From Cystobasidiomycetes sp. EMM_F5 (lineage: Eukaryota), in NCBI GenBank assembly GCA_051047955.1, contig JBPGPT010000049.1:62001-91683 (forward strand): a stretch of DNA of 29,683 nucleotides, written 5' to 3'. The notes under the pieces were generated by a model. The model was not told the origin of the DNA, did not search any database, and was given only the letters and a program-made list of their open reading frames with translations. Below are positions 8,675 to 25,300 of this stretch, one piece after another. Position numbers and translations under genes: made by a program. How positions within the stretch are numbered: position 1 is the stretch's first letter; each line of letters starts with the position of its first letter.

Positions 8675-11600
8675 CTAATGAAGAGAAGGAGACGTCGGAC
8701 GATGAGACGTCGACGCCCCAAACATTTGCTTGAGGCTGTCGAGCCTGTCGTCCTTGGGTGATAGAGGTACGGCACGGGCTGCGGAACTCGGCCCAGCTTC
8801 GGAGACGCGTGCACCATTGAGTGGAGGCGAAGCAAAGGTTTTGGGCGGGGTTCCGCCTTGGATCTGCTTCTCAGGCCCTTGATGGCTGCTTTCCATGGCC
8901 AGATTCGATAGGGCACGTCGAACGTACGACTGAAAGTGAGTGCCAGTAGCACTGATCCACGTATTCACTCTAGCTTCGGCTCTGTCAAGCAATAGAATGC
9001 ATGCGAATGTCGGTCAGTGTTTCACTTGAGCCCACTCTTGTACGAATCGCCAACTCACTCTGGATGGGTTTGTTGAAACTTGTACAATTCAGCAATGCCC
9101 GCCTTCGACTGCGATGCGTTCCCGATCTGATCAAATATATCCTTCAACGCAAGGTTGAGCTGCACTTCCTTGTCCTGACCGGGGGAAGCTGGAACTCTGG
9201 TTGGTAACACTCCGGCGGCCAGATTGGAGGTTTGGCGCTCAATAGCAACGCTAACAGTCGACATGACTGAGGCTTGGCGAGACAGAGTGTGCGACGATGC
9301 AGCGTCACTAGACGACGCACCGTTGGCCGTTTTGGAATTGTTGAGTAATCGATACAGGTACTGATATACAAACGAGTTTTCGGAACGAGGTATGTGTGAT
9401 AGTTGTTCGTATACGCGATCGCCGTAGGTACTGACAATCTGCTGAAGGATCGTTTTGACAGTGCGTAAAGGCATGTCGCCCATCGGAATACCGTCTGTCT
9501 GCCTTCGCCGCCATTCGGCAGGCGGAAGCACTTGTAAGAATGCATCGATGTCAAACAGCAGGGTCTTAGCGTCAAGACTGCCATCTTCGAGACTCTCTCT
9601 TGTCGACTTGGAGACTTTCCACAAACACTATGAGATGAAGACATGAGGCTTCCAAGGTGAGTTTGACGCTATCAGAGACAGATGGGATCAACTGACCTTC
9701 ATTACAAGCTCGGCGTATTTTGACTGCATGTCGGCCTCGACTTTCTGCAAGATTCTCAGGTCTGCTGTGGCATCCTGCAGTATTTTCAGAAGAGCGCTGC
9801 AGCACATCCGTCAATCCGTCAGTTGACAGCGGATACCCACCTCGTGGCTCCGAAGCAAGCATGCTTACCCGTAGCAATGGTTACGTTGCGCATTGTGAAA
9901 AATACGAATAAGAATCATGTTGAGAACCTTGCTTAGACTGGCAACTGCGTCACTCTCTGCTGCCTTTTCAGCAGTGTCTACCAGGCAGCGGGTCAACTCT
10001 TCCAAAAGTTGACGTAGTGCGTCTCTCCCCACAGCGAGACTGTACTTCCTCAGATCAAAGAACGACGACAAAGTTTGCATCAGATGCTTGCATTGTCGAA
10101 GTACGTCGTCCCCTGTTCGTGCCCCGATACCCCGGAATGCAAGTCGGATCACGGCAGTCACCGAATCAACCAATTCCGAGGCATGATCAACCAGATAGTC
10201 GGCTTGCTCACTAATGTCGCGCTGTACCCTTTTGAGCGCGTCTACACACGCAGCAGGCGATGCGTCTTGGATGTTTCTCAGCAGATCGTGTTTGTCTTCG
10301 CCCCCTATAGCCGTGGCGCTTTTATAGGCACCTCTATCTGTGCTAGGATGTTGCGATTCAGCCCGGACTGTGGTGATATCTCGGGCGACGTGCGTTGAGG
10401 GAATTGACGGAATTCGCGGTTTTGGCAATGCTGTCACATTGGAAGACGGCAAACGAGAGACCTGGGCTGATCGCGGCAGAGCTGCCTGTAGGTTGGCGCG
10501 AGGAAGAGCGGACTGTCTCGAGGACAGACGGGCTGGGCTGCTATTGTTATTAGTAGCCACGATGCTTGCAGCATGTGCTTGCGTTTTTGGAGAAGAGGAA
10601 GTACTTGGACTCGCGCGTCTAAGTCTCTCATCTAGCATACTCCTTTCTCTATCAGGGAGATCGCCGACATAAGCAAAGAGTCGATCTCCAATGAGTGCGT
10701 GAGCTTGCGCTAAGGTACCGAGGGTAGCCGAACGGCACGCAGCATCCTTATCGGCAAGCATGGAAGCTAAAAGTGGCATGGCCTTGTGAGGCTGACAAAC
10801 GCTTATGCCTTGTCTGCGTAAGAGGTTGCCCAGCTCTTCGACAGTCTCGGTCCGGCATCGACTATTTTTGTGACAACTTCCATATTCCAACAAAGCTGTA
10901 AAGATTTTGCTTGATGGGTATATGCTGCCCATGACGCGAATAGCGTTACGAGAGCGTTGCCTAATGGGCTCCTTGGCATCGCCGAGCTGAGTGAGGATTC
11001 CGTCAGACATGCTAGATTTGACGTATCTATCGCTACTGCTGACCTTGTTGACTAAACTTGGCATGACCGCCGTTGCTTCGCAATCGGATAGTTGCTCATT
11101 CGAGTTGAGTATTATGGCCAACAGTTGATCGATGATGTCGAAGCACTTTAACGTAGTAGCCGTAGCACCGTCTTGCAAGCGAATCGTGAGATATTTCAAC
11201 AGAAGATCTGCATTAGCCTTCAAGCGGTCCCGCATCTCGCTGCCCTCGATTCCAAATTGACCGACATCAGCATTATGGACGGCCGCGTTTCCGGCATCCA
11301 GCAAGAGAGACAAGGCATCCTGATGATCTCGTTCTGCATGTACAGATGTGCTGAAAAGCTTGCTGAGTAGGGCAGGATCTGTTACCGTAGCCATCTGGGC
11401 AGACAATAAGTCAAGCTGATCTGTCCGCGGAGCTGAGTCCAGTGCCCATTTGAGTGATAGGGTATCCTTTTGGGCACGCATAATTTTGGCTTCCTCATTT
11501 CCGCCAATAAAGGGAAATCTCTGCGAAGAGGAAGCGACTGCCTTGCGGGCTGAGACATGAGACGGAGATTGTAGGACTCTCCGCTTATCAGGAGTGCCGA

Positions 11601-14600
11601 TAGTAGCATTCGCAGGCGCCGGAGTCTGTGATGTTTTGTTTGCAGTAGAGCCGACAGATGTCGTTATGGCAGCAGTCGGACGGAGGGGGCGACTGAGTGC
11701 GGATGGACCTCGATTGCCTCCTATACGATTAGTCGGCAAATGAGGATCGGGCGCAGAGCCCGTCTTGGCAGCAATCAATACAGGTGTCGCGGGGCGAACT
11801 CGATCAGCATCTCTCGTCTCCGACAAAGTCTCTGTCTGGCTTGCTGAGGCACGCACGTCCGCTCGAGAAGCCTCAATCAGCGGGATGACAAGACTCCTCG
11901 AAGCTGGCTTCAGGTTGCCAGCTGCATCGACCACTGCCTGGTAACTCGTATGCCGGATAATGTGCGGTAACAGAGCAACACCAGCCTTTCTGACGTCCGC
12001 TGTGCGATCTTCCAAACAGGCCAACGTCGGGGCGATTAGGATTTGACAGTCACCAGGAGATTCGGAAGTCAAGCGATCCACCAGCCACACGGCCAATTCC
12101 TTGCGTTGCATAGGGTTCGTGGTTTCCAGACTCGTGGCTACTGCAGGGAACATACTTGCCGTCCCACAATTGTCACCAACGACATTTAAAGTGGTAACAG
12201 CCGATGCGCGAATACTCGCTTTGGCATCTGACAGTATCGCCATAATGTGAGGCGCAAAAAGCCGTACGTATCGCTCGAATGCATGACCTAGGCCGTTGGC
12301 GAGACGCGCTAGTATATCAAGTGCCAGACCCCGTACAACGAGGTTGCTGTCCGCCAACCGCAGCTTGAGTGCAGGAGCGAGTTCACCTGCATTTATGATT
12401 GATTTAGAGTGAATTCGACCGACTGTACCGGCGCAGTCTCACCTATTGTGCCCTTGAGACGTTTATTACTCTCTAAGACAGCTTGTATACCTTCAAGGCT
12501 TTCCTTTCGAGCCTTCCAATTGGCATCATTGCAAGCTGCTATTAACGTTGGCGGAATCAGCTTTTCGGCATCTATCCTTGGAAACAGATCATCCAGGGCG
12601 TCGTCCGACTCTTTGCCTGTCTTGCTGCGACTGACAGTTGCACTACGCGTTGCATTGTCTTGCGAAATTCGGCTGGGCGTAGCTGGCTTTTCATTGGCTA
12701 CCTTGTCAAACTCAGCATCAATGGTGGCCAACAGAGTCGGATTGAGGTCTTGTACAAACATCTTGACATCAGCACCTACATAGATTCGAAGGGTGGCAAA
12801 AGTTTTAATGGCACTGGCTCGTACCACGGCATTCGAGCTCATCAAACCTGTCTTCGCGAATTCGGCTAAGTCGCGAGCGGCTAGGCCCACAGTTCCGAAC
12901 TCTCGTAGGCTTTGTTCAACCCATAGCATTGCCTCTGCTTGTGTCTTAGGAGCTTTCTGTTTTGTCATTGGCTCGTAGGCTACAGCCCGTTACGGTCAAG
13001 CGTAGAATGAGCAAAAGGCTGTGCAAACAGGACGTAGAGTACCTCACCGTGCCCTAAAACAAATTGCAGACTGAACCTTTCGGCGTACGCCGTCAAAGTG
13101 TCGCCGACTGCCTTCTTCAATTTGACGTCGCCGAATTTATCAGTCAACGGCCCAATTGTAAGCGCAGAACACGCTCGAGACCAACTTTCGGAAGATTTCG
13201 AAAGCTTCTGTAGAGTCGCAGCCGCCTTGCCATAGACTTGGAAATTACTCTCCTTCCAGCCGGGGTGTTTGCTTAGTAATCGAACAATGATTTCACTGTC
13301 AACACCGTTGCCATCGCCGGCAAGCCATATTTGCAGTGCATCAATAGCCGCTAGTCGGACCTTCCAGTTGCTATTGGCTAGATCGGCGTATGTTTCAGGA
13401 GGGATGACTGTCGAGGCTTGCGCTTCGGCGTCTTCCTGGGTATATCTGTACTTCAAGGGCTCATTTGAATGTGGTTTTGGGGCGGAAGGGACTATTGTTG
13501 CCTTGCTAGCGACAATGGCGGTCTTTTTAACAGGTTGAGAAAGCGATGGCAGCTTTGCCCCAACATTGGCAAGAGAAGGAGGAGCACGAATGCTGCCGGT
13601 GGATGCTGCTGCCACTGCCGGCGGTTTGAGCGTACCCTCAACAGGCAGATTCTCTTTCTCAGCTAGTAAGGAGTTGATCGTAGGCTAATCACATGCATCG
13701 GTATCAGCCTGCCGATGTATGTGTAATCACGTCTATAGCAGATACCTTATTAGGGCGATTCGAAAGCGGCATATTTCCGTCGAATTGCTTTCGGGGGCCT
13801 TTGTCCGCAGCAGTGGCGCGGGGGTTGACAGAGCCGGCTGCGCTGGGAACAGTCGTCGATTTGGGCAAGGTTGCGCATCTGACCTTTGCGTTCGTTGCGA
13901 ACTCTTTGATCTTGGCCTTCCGAATATCGTCGAGCCCTTCAAGGGCCTTGCTGAGTGGCCGATCTCCTATCATCTTCACGAGTGTCCCAAAACTTTCGGC
14001 TGCGGCGCTGCGCACAGGTTCGAAGCTGTCTTCGAGGCCAAGCAGCAAGCAGTCAGAGAGCGGCTTTAGATCAGCCTGTGACGACAGAGCCGTTGTACTG
14101 GTCTGAAGACATCGTATGAGCCATTTGTATGCTTGCTCCTTCACCTGCGGATTCTTGTGCTTCGCAAATTGCGAGACATCTTCAATGATGTCGCCGATCG
14201 TCAGCTAATCGTTACAAGCCAATTAGATCTAGATCTGAGTGAATGAGCACTGAGCACTACGTACACTAAGGAAAACGGCGTCCAAAGCATTACTCAGAGC
14301 GTCCACGACAGACTGCTTCTTCTCCTTGCAACGTTCTAGCAATGGAGGAATCACCGCAGCTTTGTACTTGCCGAAACCTATACGTAGGCCTTTGGCCAAA
14401 TGCTCTATGCAGCCCGCTGCCGAAATTGCGCACATGATATTGACGTCGCCGATGTGGGCGGCCAGGGTGCGAAGAAGCTCGTCGTAATTATCCTCTTTCA
14501 GGCGAGAAATGCGTTTTAAAGTATCCAGCAGAGGGTCAAGAGCCATCTCCTTGCGTTCCTTCCACTTGCTCGATGCCGTATTTTCGTAGAAATTTTCCGG

Positions 14601-15861
14601 CAGGCGCTCGAGCACAGACTGAGGTTCCGCAAGATCGAATGCATCCAAAGCCTCAGGCTCAGAGGCCATTTCAAAATCGTCACCTTGCGCATCGGCAGCA
14701 CCATTGGAAGTGCTTGCACCCAGATTACGACTCAAAGCCGCTGCAGCTTCATCCCTAGCACGTTCGCGTTGTTGACGACGAGTAAAGCGAGACTGGCACG
14801 ATTTCGCCTCGCCGACAAAGGATTCATTCAGTTCTTTTATCTGAACTGGTTTGAGTTCTGCCAAGAAAGGATCTATTCCAGAGCTTAGCCACTTATGCAG
14901 CTCTTGCACAAGTCCGGTTCCCTTTGCGTAGTCAGCTTTGGGATTTAGACGCCAAACAAGTGACAGCAATACCCACCTCTGCTCTGACAGTCTTGTCGGC
15001 ATGGGAGAAAATGACAGTGAGCGACTTGAGGATAGGTTTGACGTTGACCGTCTTGGCTCCAAACTGTCTGTAGAAATGTAGCCAGAGACGTTAGACTTGA
15101 CGAGCGCCTATCGTTGCGAGATGTGTCATCCCGTCCGTACTTGATCTGTCAACCTTACTTTACAATTTCCTTGATTGCGGCCACAGCGCCGGCGACTGCT
15201 TTGGGTTGTTTGCTTTTGAGGCCACTCAGACAGGCTTCGACGACAACGTCCGAGGTGTCGTCGGCGCACTCGATGAGCGTGAGGCATAGTTCTGTTGCGC
15301 CTCGTTTGGTCCCCGCTCTGGCCGAGCCAAAGACGTTCTTATCGATGAGAGCAGACGTCAGCTGTTCTCTGTGCGATATGGCGGCCTGCGATCCGCCAAA
15401 CTCGACAAATGCGATTGCAGCTTCCAATCCCTTCTCCTGCGCGACTACGTTTGCATCGAGAACGGCGGCTCTGAGCCTAGCTGGGTCACGCAGGAATGGC
15501 GTAAATTCGGGCGCGTCTTCTGCGACCGACGTTCGAAAGGACTGTTCGGTCGATGTTTTGCAGTGTTTGTGGGTGTGTTAGGAGCGTTAAAAGGCGTGGA
15601 AGCGTGTATTCTCATTCAGCAACTCGTCCAAAAATGCGTAAACAAGTCTGGTCTTTTTGGACGCGACTCGCTCCAAGTACTGGCTGACCTTGACTAGGGC
15701 TTCGTAGCCCGACACCCTAGCTTTCCAGTTCTGAAACGCAGCATACGGCTCAGCTGACTGCGGCTTTATCGTTTCATTGCCGTTCTTCAGACTACCTTGT
15801 GCTCGAGCCGGTCTTCAATGCTCAGCTTGTCAAAGTCCTCGCCGTCCTGACTGCCGTCCAT
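8675..15861 (-). CDS. STU2: XMAP215/Dis1/Stu2/Alp14 TOG-domain microtubule polymerase (long multi-TOG form, many exons)
   Basis: Start MDGSQDGEDFDKLSIEDRLEHK|NWKARVSGYEALVK. Repeated TOG HEAT-A motifs SSKWKERKE, NSNWKVRLAA and ANWKARKESLE, plus GWKESNFQV and KFGDVKLKK. The C-terminal block KCLWKVSK...EWRRR...DMPLRTVKTILQQ is present, with stop at 8675. Confidence 0.96.
15625..15663 (-). repeat. Perfect 10-bp inverted repeat (hairpin) inside the 147-nt intron 2 of the XMAP215 gene
   Basis: CGTCCAAAAA (15625-15634) and TTTTTGGACG (15654-15663), with a 19-nt spacer. Confidence 0.75.
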
Positions 15862-16091
15862 GGTCTCAGTGGGCAGCCAGCACTGCTCCTCGTCGTCGTC
15901 TCAGCTGTTCATCCAAGTTTGCGCCAGTCGGTCAAGGTCAAAAAACGCCAAAGTCCCCAAATCCTCAGACTGACTTGGATTCCAACCAACTGTTGACATT
16001 GTCGGAAACGACTAATGGCTGCACTTCTGTCCTACATATTGGTCTGACATTGTACAGGCTGACTCGCGGCGGGCGTGGTCCACTTTCAGCC
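15862..16091. promoter_or_regulatory. Putative bidirectional promoter XMAP215 / DHX35
   Basis: 230 bp between divergent ATGs. Confidence 0.55.
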
Positions 16092-19119
<3,028 letters not shown>

Positions 19120-19384
19120 TGCTGGACAACTTGAATGCATAATGACGGTAATATTTCTCCGCTTGTTCCGCACGAATTGGATAGCCTCGGTACCCTACGC
19201 CTCGAAACGGGGTCCACAGATTCGAGCCGACCAACAAGTGCGAAATGGCTGCACACGGCACGTATCGACGTCATTTTCCCGAAGGGGCGGAAGACGCTCA
19301 GCAGACACATGTGCATAGGATTGCCACAAGGATTGCCACATGCATAGACGGAGATCGCTCGGCGGAGTACGCGAAAAGGCACCC

Positions 19385-21120
19385 TTACAGACCTTGTCCG
19401 CTGCCGCTTTTATTGCTCTTCGCATATTTACGAATCCACGGATGTGCAGAAACGTCTCGCAGGGGCAGGCGCTGCTCGGGATCATGGCGGAGTAGCTGCA
19501 GAAAGCATCAACATCAGAGTGTCCCACTAAACAAACCTGGCCAGCAGCGCTGTAACGTACTCGGACTATGACATCCTTCGCATCTGGAGAAACGCTATCC
19601 GGAACCTTTAAATCCACCTTTGAGATGCGGCGATAGGTTGCTGCGATGAGGCCATTCTCTCATCAATCCAGCACTGTCCATCTAAAGATGCGATCGAGCT
19701 TACCATTGTATCCCGCCAGATCCTCAAAGGGCGGAACACCGACGAGAAACTCATATGTCAACACGCCCAGTGCCCAGAGGTCAACCTTTTCATTGTGATC
19801 CTTGCCCTCAATCATCTCTGGCGGGAGGTAATCCAGAGTACCGCACAACGTCGTACGTCGGTTGCCGGGTGCATGCACGCTCCAGCCAAAATCGCCAATC
19901 TTCAGTTCGCCATCTATGCCTAAGAGAAGATTCTCTGGCTTGATGTCGCGGTGAATGACATGTTTGCTATGCAAGTACGCTAACGCGTCCGCCATTTGTG
20001 CGACGTACTAAAGATGGATCGAACAATCGTAGTGTCCACACATCAGTTTTTGCGTGCGACTGCGAAATGACGGCATCTTACGCGACTACTGCGCTTCTCG
20101 CTAAAGCGACCGTGTCGATGCAGCTGCTTGTAGAGTTCGCCCTTGCCGGCGAATTCCAGCATCAAGAAGATGCGCTTTTCGTCATGAAAATAGCCGTACA
20201 ATCGCAGTATGTTTGGATGTCGAAGATGGCTCTGAATCTCAATCTCCCGTCGAACTTGCTTCTCTACCTTGGCTTGTATGATTTCGATTTTGTGCAAGCA
20301 CTTTAGAGCAATGATGAAGCGCGGTTCGCGGAGTGTGCGGACCATGTAGACTCGTCCAAATTTGCCTTTACCGAGAGCGCGTCCCAATTCGAAGGACGAC
20401 AGTGTCCATGATGGACTGCCGGACGGCCCCGACGTGCTGGAATCTAGTGCGAGTATTTCCGCAGAGTCTCCTGCGAGGCTTTGGTGTGCTTCGTCGTGGC
20501 TGATACCAATCCTGTCTGCCGCTGCCCCGGTATTACTGAAATCAGTGTTTTCGAAGCCTCCATCATATCTCCCGATGTCGGTTGTGCTGGGGAGGAAACC
20601 ATCTCGGGCGTGTGAAGCCGCGCTCAAAGAGTTGTTGCATGCTTCGTCGTCGTCGCATGGCGGAGGTCGAGCAGGTGCTGCACTTTTACCAGAGTATGAT
20701 GGTTTCTGCGTGTGTTTGGTGGCCTTTGAGTTGTGGATGCTGTCCAGACCATGCTTCTGCAGCTGATTGATTGCAAGAGCGTGCGAAAGCGGCGCAGCTC
20801 CAAGGGGAATTCGCGCATCGCCAGAACGCGAGGAGCCGGCAGCCAACGCAGACGACGACGATAACGACGACGACGAAGTATACTTTGCTGCAGCGTTTGT
20901 GTGCGCCTCTGCAGCGCCCGCAGACGTCGACGGTTGTCCGTTCAGACTGCGGTAAGCAGCAAACTGTGGAATTCCGAGCAAGTCATCAAGCGCGCAACAC
21001 CATACATCGGCCCAGCCCACCTCTTGGACGACGTGCACTCACCTTGGACAGCAGTTTGTCGCCAGCTTCACGCCGCTCAGCCAGGGCTACGTTCGAAAGA
21101 CGGGCTTCGATACCAGCCAT
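19385..21120 (-). CDS. IPL1: Aurora kinase (Ipl1/Ark1)
   Basis: ATG 21120 ([13 protein letters not shown]...). Kinase domain [88 protein letters not shown] (Aurora activation loop). Last exon [12 protein letters not shown]...HPWI...GL* ends at 19385. Confidence 0.97.
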
Positions 21121-21358
21121 CCCGTCGTTTGGCTTGGTGACTGGCATATTTGCGCGTCAGTCTTCCCTCAAAACTATCAGTCGCAGCAGTATTCGCCGTC
21201 CTCGTTGTTGGCGTCCAGTCAACCCGCAGCGCGTCCTTGTTGTCCTCGATCGCGGCTGATATTGGCCACCATTTTGGAACAGTACAGCTGCAAAAAGGGT
21301 TGGCTCTGCTCCAACTGACCCTGACGAGCTGACGTTGAGCTGATTTGCGCAAATACTG
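21121..21358. promoter_or_regulatory. Putative bidirectional promoter Aurora / ZNF511-like
   Basis: 238 bp between divergent ATGs. Contains two minus-strand GACGCG sites (21153-21158, 21230-21235) and the palindrome TTTGCGCAAA (21344-21353). Confidence 0.6.
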
Positions 21359-22318
21359 ATGGACATTTACCCTGCCCCGCTCGGCGGTCATTGTCGAAAA
21401 AGAGCGGCTTCCGAGTCGTCAAGTTCCGACAGCAACGGGTCTGATATCATCACTAGCACGCATGCACCAGCACACACAAGCAAATTCAAGCGCACCGACG
21501 AAGATAGCCTTGCATCATCGTCCGGGGGTAGTTCTACCGTCGCGCAGTCAGTTCCGTACACCTGCTCACTTCCTCCCCTATGCAATGCAAGTCCGAGCAC
21601 GTTTCGAACTTCACAGGAACTGCTGTCACATTACGAGTCGCACCATGCATACGTCTGCTCCGTCAGCCAATGCCGCAAGGTCTTTCCTGACAATCACTTC
21701 CTGGATCTGCACATAGCCGAGTTTCACGACCCTCTTGTTGAAATCCAGCGTGAAGCTGGAAAAAAGACTGTAAGTAGTGCTGTTGCAGTTGACACTACCT
21801 CATCGCAAAACGGCTGACGCTTGAAACAGTATCGATGCTTCGTTCCGGTGTGCTCTCGTTCCTTTTCGACGCCCAAGACTCGGCGGTTGCACCTTGTGGA
21901 TATGCACAAGTATCCGAAAGAGGTCGGCATATCCCTTGTTTGACTTCCTTTTAACCACCAAGTCTGATATGAATATGATTTGCATTCGATGATCAAGTTC
22001 TACTTTGCGCTGCCCATGTACGGGCTGGAGCAACTGTACGCGAAATTTGGAGACTCTACATCACTTGTCCGACCTCGCTACGATCCTTCCTCTATTCTGA
22101 GGCCATCTCACGGTCAAGACCTCACACAAAACATGGATCTGGTAGCCACTACATTGCAGGACTCCCTGACCATTCAAGAAGTCAGCGACACTCACGACGT
22201 TGATGACAGCATTACTGTAAACTCAGCACGGCTGTCGGACACGCCCTCGCCGCATGTAAGCGTGGAACCGGTTTCTCTTATTCCCCGACGTGTGAGGTTC
22301 GGCCAGCGACAGCGATAA
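21359..22318 (+). CDS. C2H2 zinc-finger protein, ZNF511-like (3 exons)
   Basis: Three C2H2 fingers: CSLPPLC...HYESHH, CSVSQCRKVFPDNHFLDLHIAEFHDPL, and spliced YRCFVPVCSRSFSTPKTRRLHLVDMHKYPKE|FYF. The C-terminal motif IPRRVRFG completes an arrangement typical of the ZNF511 family. Confidence 0.85.
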
Positions 22319-22373
22319 AATGCAAATTCATGCAATGTGCGCCTACTCCAGCACAACAAATCAACATTCTATG

Positions 22374-25300
22374 CTATGATGTCTCGGCAACGTACGCTTT
22401 TGGAACAAGGCCTACTCTCCCTTTGAATATGCCTCGCACCCAATCCTCGTCTACCCAGTCACCAATGTGAATACTATCGTTTGCCTGGACGCTGAGTTCA
22501 TCATCGCCTTGGGCAGTGTAGTCGTACAGCACTTTGGCTGGCGCCCGAGCACCTGCAGCAGGCGTGTAAGCGCGTGTATAGCATTGTAATGATCGAGCTT
22601 ACTAAAGGGCTCCACGTATGACTTTGGCAGCCATCCTCTTGCACCACTCATCGGGATAATGCCGTACAACCAATCAGAAGCCGTGTCCTTGGCAGGGTGC
22701 GCAATTATCAAAACATTGGCTGGGAAGGACGCATCTTGCTCTCGCTGCGCGTCGTACGAAAACAAAGATCGATGCTCTGCAGCTGCACGCGCTCAAAAAT
22801 TTAGTGGTAAGGATATATGAGGGCAGATTGGAACCTGCTCACAGGTAGACATATCGAAAACATCCTCGGGGCGATCATCAGAATGAGCACCCGCGTCTGG
22901 ATGAGTCTCTGCCGTTTGATTGCTGCTGGGTTCGGGATGTTCTTCTTCTGCTTCTTCTTGTAGAATTGGCATAGAACCATGAAAATGAGGGACGGAAGGG
23001 CTAGGAAACGAGTCTGAAGCCAACGCACCATACCAATCTACGCTCTGACGATTGCTTGCCTTGGCTTTCTCGCTTCCGCTGGCAGGATTGGATACTTGCT
23101 TTGGCGATGGTGAGCGGTCCGCGCTTGGCTGATTTGTGTCTGCTTGCGGTGCGGCATCGATAACCGCACCCGCACCTTGCACGATACTGCGATCTTTCGT
23201 CACTGCTTTCTTCAGCCGAGTGCCGGATTGAATAGCATCTAGCAGCGCTGAGCGCGGTGGAGGCGATCCAGATGCAACACGGCTAATTTGTACATGGTAA
23301 AAATTAGTCGATACACACGGGATGGAGACACATAGTAGCTTACAAAGCCGTTGCAGCCTCAGTGCGCGTGCCCGATGGTACTGGGCTACTTGGAGCGGTG
23401 ACGAGGGGCGATAAGGGCATAGCTGAGCCCGGACGCGACGATGGTGCAGAAGCTGGCGACGCATCAGCTCCTCCAAACAAAAGTCCAGCAAGTCCGGCTC
23501 GTTTCTGCTTTACAGATGGCCCCGCCTCATCGTTACTCGATTCGTCGCTGCTGTCGTCGCCGTTTTTGGCGTCGCCCCAGTCATCATCGAAGGATAGATT
23601 ATTTCTAGTCACCGCTTGCGGACGCGGTTGCACGACTACAGGAGAGCCGACAACGGCGATCTGTGAGTTGCCAGGCGTCTGTACAGGCGGCTGAAAGAAC
23701 GGGTGCAGGGAAGTAGCCGGAAACGTAGACCCAGCGCCCACTGCCACCGATGCATTAGTGTTGAGGCGATTGAAGGGATTCGTGCTGGTCCCAGTCGATC
23801 TGGAGATGGATGTCTGCTGCGGAACGCTTGAAGCCGCATTGGGAGTCGACGAAGCGATGGACGATGAAATAAGGCCCGATTTGCCATTCGGGGCAGTGGT
23901 GTCGCTAGCAGAAGCGGTAGAAGCAATCTGAGGGGCTTGGGCATCCGCTTTTGCAGCTCTACGTGAAGGTGGGGCGGTAGGTGGAGCTGGCTTGCGCTGC
24001 GAGACTGGCGGAGCAGGTGCTTTGCTACGCTTGGACTGGGGCGGCGGGGGAGCTGATCTACCTGATCGAGGCGAATCCACAGTCGCTGTCTGCTGAGCCG
24101 GTTCAACTGGCTCAACCGGGATCCGTGGGGGTTTTGGTACTGGGGCTGCTATCGCAGGCTTCGCAGACCCAGTATTATGTCCCACATCGCCCGGGACAGG
24201 TGCGGCCAAAACCTGTACCGACGGCTCGGAATTTGCCTCTCCGCCTGCAGACCCTGCACGTTTCTGTCTTTCCTCATTGAGCTTGAGTTGACGAACTCTT
24301 TCTCGTTCCTCGGCGGCTCGATCTTCCGCCAGAGACCGTTCCGCAGCTTCTCGCTTATCTTGCTCGATGCGCTGCTGTACGCTCGTGTCCACGGCTGCCT
24401 CGCGGGATGGGATGTCCTTTCCATCCGGTGGTGCCTGACCGGTAAGCATACGCATCCGCTCTTGCACGCGTCTCTGCGCCTCTGCACGAATGAATGCTTG
24501 CCGCTGTTCAGGGGTCTGGGCATTTGAAGGGCCTGGAGAGGGAGCATTCAAAGTTTCACGAGCAGCCGCATGCGAGTGTTGAACAAGAGGGTCGGGGGTA
24601 TGTGCACGCCGTGTTGCGCTGTTGTGAACATCAACGTCATAAGACGAAGTAGCTGGGTGTCTGGCATCTTTGGCGGGCTTCGGATCTTCGCGGGGGGCTG
24701 TAGCTGGCGTGATGGAGTCATATGTGTCAGCATAGCTAGACGAAGTGCCTATATTATCGCTGAAGCGTTTAGCATTGTTCCGTGTATCTCGCAGTCGTGC
24801 AGCAGATCGATCTTCAGAGCGCTTCACACGCTCTCTTTCCCTCATCTTAGCCTCCAGCTCCGGCATCCTTTCGTGTGACAAGAAAAGAAGTTCTCGTTCC
24901 AATCTCCTCCGTTCTTCGTCCTTCGCTTCTGTCCGCCTTCCGGACTTGTTGTATTCGATATCGTCCTTCACTCTTCGGATTCGATACTTAATATCATCGA
25001 ATTCGGCTTTGAGGTCGTCGTCCTCAGTTTCAGTCTTGTGTGACTTTTCCAGCATGGATTGAGTTTCGGCAAGCTGGCGCTTCATGTCTTCTAGGTCCGT
25101 ACTGTCATCACCACTGTCGAATCGTACATTGCGACGGTCTACATGACGAGCACTAGATTTATATCCGCCTGTGTCGCGGTCGTTGTGTCGATATACAGTG
25201 GCATCCGAAGGCTTCGGGCTTGCGGTGTCATTGGCTGGCGACGCATTATATAGAGTGCGAGATTTGGAGTAACCGGTAGTGTTGACGTGACTGGCTGCAT

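Noticed and set aside
15777..16091. Upstream extension of the DHX35 first-exon frame
   Set aside because: Non-ATG start, antisense to XMAP215 exon 1; ATG 16092 gives a normal DHX35-like N-terminus.
20850..20877. (GAC)n-like repeat
   Set aside because: It encodes a poly-Ser tract in the Aurora N-terminus on the minus strand.
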